A stretch of 6,218 nt of DNA from an uncultured archaeon (GTDB lineage: Archaea; Asgardarchaeota; Jordiarchaeia; Jordiarchaeales; Jordiarchaeaceae): NCBI GenBank assembly GCA_964510585.1, contig CAZECW010000059.1, positions 1-6,218 on the forward strand, written 5' to 3'. Shown piece after piece: positions 1-5,593 of the stretch. The first letter of the stretch is position 1. The number at the start of each line of letters is the position of its first letter. A program made the position numbers and the translations under genes. The notes under the pieces were generated by a model that worked only from the letters and a program-made list of their open reading frames with translations, made no database searches and was not told the DNA's origin.

Positions 1-47
1 CTATTATTACTTACGATGAAGCAACACTCCAACCTTTCGGTTAAAAT

Positions 48-68
48 TGCACAAAAGACTTTTTACGC
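48..68 (+). promoter_or_regulatory. Archaeal BRE/TATA promoter, copy 1 (TGCACAAAAGACTTTTTACGC)
   Basis: 19/21 identical to 544-564, which lies directly upstream of the corrinoid gene; purine-rich BRE-like AAAAGAC followed by TTTTTA. Confidence 0.55.
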
Positions 69-80
69 CCATATTATTTT

Positions 81-515
81 ATGTATATAGATATAGCCAA
101 GAACATCACCGAGAGAGAGATAAAATCCTACGCGGACCTGAGAAGAAAGACTCCCTGCCACCGGTCGCCCACCTCAGCTGAGGCAGACGCTGACCTCCTC
201 TCCTACTCAACCACCTGGAAGAAGGCCGACCTAGGCCCCCATTAACTCCACCGGTTGCTGGCCAGAGGTATGTGGAAAACAGTGCACCGGCGAATTGAGA
301 TGGCATTCAGAAAGCCGCCCCTCACACTGCCACAGAGCACACGACAAATGTTTGAGGCGGCCACCACAGCCTAAGAGACTGGGAAGGTTGGGCGGAAGGA
401 GGAACCGCGCCTCAACATAGAATCTGAGGAATCGCCGCCCAAAAAAAGGTGCTTGGAAGGCTCAATGGGGCAGATAAATACTACCACAGCGAGTCTTAAA
501 GAAGGAAACGCATGA
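81..515 (+). other. Unassigned GC-rich segment: decayed gene or structured RNA
   Basis: ATG at 81 opens 54 codons (MYIDIAKNITEREIKSYADL...) to TAA 243-245; the same frame has further stops at 372-374 and 513-515. Visibly more GC-rich than the flanking intergenic DNA, with several stems. No family recognised. Confidence 0.25.
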
Positions 516-543
516 AAGATAGATGGCACCCCACCCCAAAAAA

Positions 544-564
544 TGCATAAAAGACTTTTTAAGC
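544..564 (+). promoter_or_regulatory. Archaeal BRE/TATA promoter of the corrinoid operon (TGCATAAAAGACTTTTTAAGC)
   Basis: TTTTTAAG at 556-563 preceded by AAAAGAC; ATG at 586 is 30 nt from the first T and has no SD, as expected for a leaderless transcript. Confidence 0.7.
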
Positions 565-585
565 ACTATACTCATATTGAGTCTT

Positions 586-1242
586 ATGTTAAAAGAAGAA
601 ATTTTAGAAGGGTTAAAGAAGTCGGTGATTGAGGGCAATCCGGAAGCAACCAAAAAATATGCAAAAGAAGCGGTGAAGAATAAGATTTCAGCCTACGAAG
701 CTGTTATGGACGGCATGTCTGCCGGTATGAAGGTTGTAGGCGAAAAGTTTGAGAACAAGGAATACTATGTCAGCGATCTGATTATGGCCGGGGAGGCTAT
801 GAAGGCCGGTTTGGAGATTCTTGAACCAGCTCTGAAGGCGGAGAAGGCAAAGTCTGTCGGTAGGGTGGTAATCGGAGTGGTAGAGGGAGACGTTCATGAT
901 ATTGGTAAGAATCTTGTTGTGGCTATGCTGAGAGGGGCGGGATTCGAGGTTCACGACTTGGGAATCGATGTCGCTGCTGATAAGTTTGTAAAGACAGCGA
1001 AGGAGGTTAAACCGGATATTGTGGCTGCTTCGGCCTACACGTCTACTTCTATGCCTCATCTGAGAAACATTTTGACTGAATTAAAAAAGTCCGGTTTAAA
1101 GGATACTGTTGCCTACATGATTGGAGGAGCTCCAACTACTGAAGACTGGGCGGTTTCTATTGGAGCTGACGGCTGGGCTGGGGATGCTTTAGAGGCGGTG
1201 AGTGTTGCGTCGGAATTGGTTAAGAAGATGAGAGGTAGTTAA
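586..1242 (+). CDS. Cobalamin-binding corrinoid protein of a methyltransferase system (MtaC/MtbC/MttC-like), 218 aa
   Basis: N-terminal cap (GMSAGMKVVGEKFENKEYYVSDLIMAGEAM), base-off/His-on motif GDVHDIGKNLV, then DLGIDV, SAYTSTSM and MIGGAP. Start moved from 523 to 586 because codons 1-21 of the ORF track run through the promoter. Confidence 0.95.
   Translation: MLKEEILEGLKKSVIEGNPEATKKYAKEAVKNKISAYEAVMDGMSAGMKVVGEKFENKEYYVSDLIMAGEAMKAGLEILEPALKAEKAKSVGRVVIGVVEGDVHDIGKNLVVAMLRGAGFEVHDLGIDVAADKFVKTAKEVKPDIVAASAYTSTSMPHLRNILTELKKSGLKDTVAYMIGGAPTTEDWAVSIGADGWAGDALEAVSVASELVKKMRGS
1232..1236 (+). promoter_or_regulatory. Shine-Dalgarno site (GAGGT) for the 1244 start
   Basis: Lies in the last codons of the corrinoid gene, 7 nt before ATG 1244; the genes are 1 nt apart, implying translational coupling. 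Confidence 0.6.
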
Positions 1243-1243
1243 A

Positions 1244-2404
1244 ATGAGCTGGAGAGAGAAAATAATAGACAAGGAAATTGATTTCATCGTGGAGAAAATC
1301 AGGTTGATGGTTGCGGAGGAAAAGATGACTCCGCTGGAACGATTCGCAAGCCTCGCAACCAAAGAGGAGCCTGACCGCCTGCCGATTTTTGCGGCGTCGA
1401 ATGAGTGGGCGGCTCACTACATAGGATACCAACTTAACAAGGATTTCGCGTTTGATCCCAAAAAATGGGTACACTGCGCACTCAAATTCTTGGAAAGAGT
1501 AGGCTCCGATATCTGTCTGCCCATCTATGATATCTATAATATTGGTCCCGACGCTATGGGTGCAAAGGTCATATTCCCCGAGGATGCCATACCAGAAATA
1601 AGGGAGCCCGCAGTTAAAACTCCTGACGACCTAAAGAATTTGAAAGTTCCAGACCCGCACAAAGAGGGGAGAATGCCACTACTAATAGAGGCACTCAAAA
1701 CGCTGAGATCTAAAATTGGTGACATCATCCCAATATACACTATTATTATGGGGCCCTTCTCATGGGCTGCGAATCTACGTGGGATCTATAATTTCCTTGC
1801 AGATCTGAAAAGGAACCCAAAATTTGCTCTGGACCTTTTAGACATCGTAGCGGACGCGGTTATAAAATACACAAAGGCACTGAATGACTTGGGATTCGCC
1901 CCGGTGGCTCTTGCAGATGTAGTGGCAAGCAGCTACCTCCTTTCACCGAAACAATTCGACGATTTCGTAATACCTCCCTACATGAAAATTCAGGAAGCTT
2001 TGGGTAGAGAAACCTTCATTCCCGGCGCAATCGGCGACTATGACACGCAAGCAAAAATGTTTCAATCCGGTATAGGTTCATCCTTCAATGTCCTGGGCAT
2101 AAATAACTATACCTACTGCGATAGAACTGGTACCGAGCCACTAAAAGAAGAAGACTTAGTTAAGGGGAAAACGATGGCAAAGAAGCTGGGAACATCCTTC
2201 ATGGCAAACATCTGGGGTCAATGGGTGCAGGTTCACAGCCCCCGAGAAATAGACGAGGAAGTAAAGAGAGTAATCAAAATTGTTGGACCCGAATGGCCCT
2301 TCATGGTTGGATTATGGTACGTCCCACTCGGCACACCCGTTGAAAACTTGGATGCCTTTATCCGCGCTGTCAAAAAGTATGGAAAGTTCCCAATAAAACT
2401 CTAA
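1244..2404 (+). CDS. Uroporphyrinogen-decarboxylase-fold (URO-D/MtaA/CmuA family) corrinoid-dependent methyltransferase-like protein, 386 aa
   Basis: Family-typical segments MTPLERF...EEPDRLP, AMGAKVIF, PDPHKEGRMP, GPFSWAANLRG, LLSPKQFDDFVIPPY, TPVENLDAFIRAVKKYG; coupled to a corrinoid gene. Lacks the HemE RQAGR motif and the MtaA HxC...C zinc ligands, so substrate and direction are unassigned. Confidence 0.85.
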   Translation: MSWREKIIDKEIDFIVEKIRLMVAEEKMTPLERFASLATKEEPDRLPIFAASNEWAAHYIGYQLNKDFAFDPKKWVHCALKFLERVGSDICLPIYDIYNIGPDAMGAKVIFPEDAIPEIREPAVKTPDDLKNLKVPDPHKEGRMPLLIEALKTLRSKIGDIIPIYTIIMGPFSWAANLRGIYNFLADLKRNPKFALDLLDIVADAVIKYTKALNDLGFAPVALADVVASSYLLSPKQFDDFVIPPYMKIQEALGRETFIPGAIGDYDTQAKMFQSGIGSSFNVLGINNYTYCDRTGTEPLKEEDLVKGKTMAKKLGTSFMANIWGQWVQVHSPREIDEEVKRVIKIVGPEWPFMVGLWYVPLGTPVENLDAFIRAVKKYGKFPIKL

Positions 2405-2405
2405 A

Positions 2406-2427
2406 TTCTCCTTTTTTTATTTGTTTC
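2406..2427 (+). terminator. Archaeal oligo-T terminator
   Basis: T7 run at 2412-2418 within a pyrimidine-rich tract immediately after stop 2402-2404. Confidence 0.65.
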
Positions 2428-2519
2428 ACGTGCAGAAATGGTCACTCTTGGCATAGTTAACCGTACTCACAGATGACGCCGGTTCCCCCTTTCGGATAAT
2501 TGAATTCAGTAGCATTAGA

Positions 2520-2705
2520 ATCGCAAACCCGGTGAAAGTGGGTATCTTCGACCGGGAATTCATAAAAAGGCTCGTAGAAATAGCGGAGTTCAGGAATAGA
2601 CTCGTTCACATTCACTGATAACACTCAACCATAAATTGCTACAATGCACATCTACTCTAAATTTTGCTAAAGAATTCCACATTCCACAACTTTGTGAAGT
2701 TTTTG
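2520..2705 (+). pseudogene. HEPN-domain (DUF86/HepT-like) RNase remnant
   Basis: Frame reads KVGIFDREFIKRLVEIAEFRNRLVHIH* with the HEPN Rx4H motif RNRLVH at 2592-2609; stops at 2616, 2619 and 2658; no intact N-terminal half or usable full-length start. Confidence 0.7.
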
Positions 2706-2790
2706 GCACTTTTCCGTTTTTCCAATTTGTGCCCGTTTCTCTTGCAGGATTTGGAGGAACCAGATTATATAATTTTTAAGCAATTTTTAG

Positions 2791-2880
2791 CGCCAGCTTG
2801 GATTCATTAGCGGTGAACCAGACTTCAAAATACCCGAAGTCAAAGCTCTAACCGAAAAGTACCTCCTATCCCTCAAATGA
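2791..2880 (+). pseudogene. Short coding-like remnant, possibly a PIN-domain C-terminus
   Basis: RQLGFISGEPDFKIPEVKALTEKYLLSLK* with no start codon; resembles the S/T-x-D-x-D-F tail of PIN proteins, and GEPDF also occurs in class I aminotransferase N-termini. Confidence 0.2.
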
Positions 2881-2995
2881 CTCTCCCACGTGGCTGTCCA
2901 CCGAAGTTGCATAATTATCATCTAGAAAATACTGCTACCAATACCATTTTTTTAAACACATACTTTGTTTCCAAATGCTGATATTGTGAGAAAAG

Positions 2996-3029
2996 TTAAT
3001 AAAAATGTGAATTTTATTACTATTGGTGA
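2996..3029 (+). promoter_or_regulatory. Promoter/operator and SD of the RHH-protease pair
   Basis: TATA-like TTAATAAA 2996-3003; inverted repeat TAATAAAA (2997-3004) / TTTTATTA (3012-3019); SD GGTGA 3025-3029, 4 nt before ATG 3034. Confidence 0.5.
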
Positions 3030-3033
3030 AAAA

Positions 3034-3303
3034 ATGAAGAGATTCTCTATTAGTCTACCCGATGATGTGGTTGAAGCCCTAGAGAAAATTTTAGAATCGG
3101 AACCCACCGCCTCCAGATCAAAAATTATTGCGGATTCACTTACAGAATACATAGCGAGGCATCACCCATTTCTCCTTAGCCGAGGGGAGAATTCTAGGGG
3201 TCCACGGGTTTTGCGAGAACTTAAAGCCACCCTACGTAGAGCCCCCTCTCCCCGAAGAAGAAAGCTACAGCGAATCCTAGAAGGATGGAAAAGAATTGAT
3301 TGA
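3034..3303 (+). CDS. Ribbon-helix-helix (CopG/NikR-N-like) DNA-binding protein with basic C-terminal tail, 89 aa
   Basis: MKRFSISLPDDVVEALEKIL...SRSKIIADSLTEYI fits the RHH strand-helix-helix pattern. ATG 3034 has a GGTGA SD, so it is preferred over TTG 2965. Confidence 0.8.
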   Translation: MKRFSISLPDDVVEALEKILESEPTASRSKIIADSLTEYIARHHPFLLSRGENSRGPRVLRELKATLRRAPSPRRRKLQRILEGWKRID

Positions 3304-3727
3304 AGTAGTCTACAAATATGTAGAGGACGGAGTGGGCAGAACAGGAAAGAAAATACCAGACCTCCCCGTAGCTTGGATAATACTTTACAGGAAAAAAGAA
3401 AACAGGAAAATGCTGGGCCCCTGCATTATTGACACAGGTTTTGATGGGGGCATATACGCTAACGCTCAACTCTCCTTGAACTTTGAAGGAATACCCCCCG
3501 AAGGAACAGAATGGTTTTACGGCGCAGGAGACCACGAAATTGAATGCGACATTTACAGTGCCGAGTGCCTCCTCCTGAGCGGAGAGAAAACTGTGCCCCT
3601 AGGCACAGTAACAATCTACATACCAGTAAGATTAGAAGACCTCCCCGAAGAAACAATAATGGGACGCGAAGTATTAAACAGCCTCTTATTAACTTTAGAT
3701 GGGAAAAACCTCAAAATAGGTTTATGA
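3296..3727 (+). CDS. Retropepsin-like (clan AA) single-domain aspartic protease, 143 aa
   Basis: Catalytic IIDTGFDG (Asp46, nt 3431), flap-like FYGAGD, C-terminal IMGREVL matching the hydrophobic-hydrophobic-G-R motif; TTG start overlaps the RHH gene by 8 nt. Confidence 0.85.
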   Translation: MIEVVYKYVEDGVGRTGKKIPDLPVAWIILYRKKENRKMLGPCIIDTGFDGGIYANAQLSLNFEGIPPEGTEWFYGAGDHEIECDIYSAECLLLSGEKTVPLGTVTIYIPVRLEDLPEETIMGREVLNSLLLTLDGKNLKIGL

Positions 3728-3890
3728 AAATTTGAAACAGAAGACCCTCTAACTTCAGCATTAGATTCCAAGATTCTCCTCACAACTATAGAAAAACTAA
3801 CCAAACACTCGAAAAAGTGGAATTCATTAGCATGTCATAAGCGCTCCTCAAATCCTCTCCTTAACCCTCTCCAGTAATTCATAACTAAAT

Positions 3891-3918
3891 GAAAAAATCT
3901 TATATATTTCGAGATTTT
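3891..3918 (+). promoter_or_regulatory. Promoter/operator of the small-ORF-PIN pair
   Basis: GAAAAAA BRE-like run, TTATATAT at 3900-3907, flanked by inverted repeat AAAATCT (3894-3900) / AGATTTT (3912-3918). Confidence 0.55.
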
Positions 3919-3939
3919 AACTCTAAAGAGGGATGAATT

Positions 3940-4101
3940 ATGACTAGCGAACAAAAGGAAAAGAAAGTGGAGCCAATCTACGAGAAACTTGCACCAGGCG
4001 AGATACTAATTATCTCAAAAGAAGGTAATTGCATAACGTATGCTGCAAACGAAAAGGGAAAAGTTGTTATGAAGAAAGTGTGCATAACCGAAGAGGACTA
4101 G
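3940..4101 (+). CDS. Small 53-aa protein, putative antitoxin partner of the PIN toxin (absent from the ORF track)
   Basis: MTSEQKEKKVEPIYEKLAPGEILIISKEGNCITYAANEKGKVVMKKVCITEED*; ATG 3940, TAG 4099-4101, purine-rich SD-like GAGGGA 3928-3933, TATA box upstream, 3 nt gap to the PIN gene. Confidence 0.7.
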   Translation: MTSEQKEKKVEPIYEKLAPGEILIISKEGNCITYAANEKGKVVMKKVCITEED

Positions 4102-4104
4102 CCC

Positions 4105-4539
4105 ATGGTGGCTAACTACTTTTTTGATACCGGATTCCTTACCTTGGCGATTACCAACCGTCTACTTGAAAAATGGATACGTCCATGGAAAGAAGTAAAA
4201 AAGGGACAGAAAATTTGCCATATCATCGAACCCGTTGTAGCAGAAACCTATTATCAATTAATGGGAGAGGGCATAGACAAGGAAGGAGCAAAAATTCGCA
4301 TCATACAGTTAAAAGCCATAAATCACATGAGTATTTCTAAGCTAGACGATAATGATTCTTTCAGAGCAGCCCATCATCACACTCAATTTAGGAAGCTCGG
4401 ACTCTCCTTAGTGGACTGCTTCATACTTGCCGTTGCAGCCAGACACAAACTTAAAGTATACACAACCGATCACCCCTTAAAAAACGCAGTAAAAAGAATA
4501 AACGTCCCCTGTGACTATCTCCCAGTCTCAACACTATAA
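4105..4539 (+). CDS. vapC: PIN-domain ribonuclease toxin (VapC family), 144 aa
   Basis: Four acidic active-site positions intact: FFD8TG, VAE47T, LSLVD104CFIL, YTTD122HPL; length typical of VapC. Confidence 0.88.
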   Translation: MVANYFFDTGFLTLAITNRLLEKWIRPWKEVKKGQKICHIIEPVVAETYYQLMGEGIDKEGAKIRIIQLKAINHMSISKLDDNDSFRAAHHHTQFRKLGLSLVDCFILAVAARHKLKVYTTDHPLKNAVKRINVPCDYLPVSTL

Positions 4540-4883
4540 AGACGCTAATAATAAAAAATCTCTATTAAACAATCTCAGAAAGCGCAAAAATCATACTCCA
4601 CAAACTAAACTCCCCCCACATAGGTATAACAACCCGGTAGCGAATCAATCTTTAAGCAAGCCCACAATCCAATTAAACGCACAACCGAATAATCTTCAGA
4701 AACCACACCGGATTTCACCATTCAACACAAGTGAAAAGCCTTGGCGCGGATACTTAAACTGGATTAAGATTTTTAACTTCGCCTTCCAATATTTATGTTA
4801 GGATGGTGACTAAAATAGCGAAAAAGGGCTAGTGGCAAACCGAGCAAAGTTCCGAGCCAAAAATCTGAAGATACCCGCATTAG

Positions 4884-5579
4884 GCAAAAAAATCGAATAT
4901 TTCCGCCACTGAAAAGTACAAAAATTGCTCCATTTGCCGCAAAATCCCCCCCATAGTTTCAGAATTTCGGAAAGGAGGCAAACCGCGAAGCGGTGTAATC
5001 TACGAGGCGGAAAAAAAGTTGGAAGTGGTAGGCAGCCCCTACTATAACGACTCCACTTCACACGATAACAGTTGTATCAAACGCTGCCCCGAGTGTGGCA
5101 CAGTGTACCTTTGGAAATTCAAATACGAGTGGTTCGTGGACGGTTCAGAGGACGAAATCACCCTGACCCGCCTAAGCGAGGCTGAAGGACAAAAAGCAGT
5201 ACAGGAAGCTCTCGAAAACGTTAAACAGGCCAAAAAGAAATTTCTGAACGATGCTCAAGCCCACCTCCAAGCAATAGAAAATTCCACCGACCAGCAACAA
5301 ATCAAAAATACAGCCGACTTCTTTTACCATCACCAATTGGTTCACAAGGAGGACATTTCCTTCGCCGTTCCCACACTTGTCAAAGCACTCATCAAACACC
5401 ATCACACCGAACCCAAATGTGACGCTGGTCAAAGCCTCTACTGGGCACTCCTCGAATTCGCCCTCAAAAGCGAAACACATAAACAACAACTACTAGACCT
5501 CCTCCAAACAGTTAATCAGAATGAAAAACCCCCAGAAGTCCAAGAACTCATCCAATACTGCAAACAAACACAAAAATAG
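4884..5579 (+). CDS. Hypothetical zinc-binding protein (CSIC...CPECG, GSEDE) with a helical C-terminus; start uncertain, possibly pseudogenised
   Basis: Frame is open from 4884 to TAG 5577-5579, but the first standard start is TTG 5019, downstream of the CSIC pair (4926-4937); second pair CPEC at 5085-5096. C-terminal AVPTLVKAL is HEAT-repeat-like. Confidence 0.6.
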   Translation, partial: AKKSNISATEKYKNCSICRKIPPIVSEFRKGGKPRSGVIYEAEKKLEVVGSPYYNDSTSHDNSCIKRCPECGTVYLWKFKYEWFVDGSEDEITLTRLSEAEGQKAVQEALENVKQAKKKFLNDAQAHLQAIENSTDQQQIKNTADFFYHHQLVHKEDISFAVPTLVKALIKHHHTEPKCDAGQSLYWALLEFALKSETHKQQLLDLLQTVNQNEKPPEVQELIQYCKQTQK

Positions 5580-5587
5580 CATTCACA

Positions 5588-5593
5588 TTTTTT
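5588..5593 (+). terminator. Possible oligo-T terminator
   Basis: T6 run 8 nt after stop 5577-5579. Confidence 0.35.

Noticed and set aside
314-366. tRNA-like 3' end (...GGCGGCCACCA) with a T-arm-like hairpin
   Set aside because: The loop is GACAAAT rather than TTCRANY, and only 36 nt lie inside the stem, too few for a cloverleaf.
380-445. RNase P RNA (GAGGAATCGCCGCCCA) or SRP RNA helix 8 (GCGGAAGGAGGAA)
   Set aside because: The complementary P4/CR V segment does not follow, and the SRP-like stretch cannot form the required stem.
246-460. Cobalamin riboswitch upstream of the corrinoid gene
   Set aside because: Only GCCAC...CTGGGAAGG resembles the consensus; no GGGAA...GGTGnAAnTCC, no CCCGCnACTG and no B12 box. 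The corrinoid gene also has its own, apparently leaderless, promoter.
523-585. Longer 239-aa start for the corrinoid protein
   Set aside because: The extension overlaps the BRE/TATA element and does not resemble the family N-terminus.
586-2404. Pyrrolysine or selenocysteine readthrough in the methyl-transfer genes
   Set aside because: Both genes are uninterrupted and end in TAA; no MttB/MtbB/MtmB-like gene is in the window.
2965-3033. TTG start for a 112-aa RHH protein
   Set aside because: The extension spans the promoter and operator; ATG 3034 has a GGTGA SD and begins the RHH strand.
106-3804. Minus-strand ORFs (106, 462, 688, 1220, 1534, 2952, 3221, 3459, 3616) and nested + ORF 3544-3735
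   Set aside because: Nearly all are shadows of well-supported + strand genes; none has a recognisable motif or start signals.
4511-4801. 96-aa + strand ORF, and a minus-strand RYRVVI fragment recalling RelE
   Set aside because: The ORF overlaps the PIN gene end, has no SD, and its N/K/Q/P/H-rich composition mirrors the A/C skew; the RelE-like match is too short.
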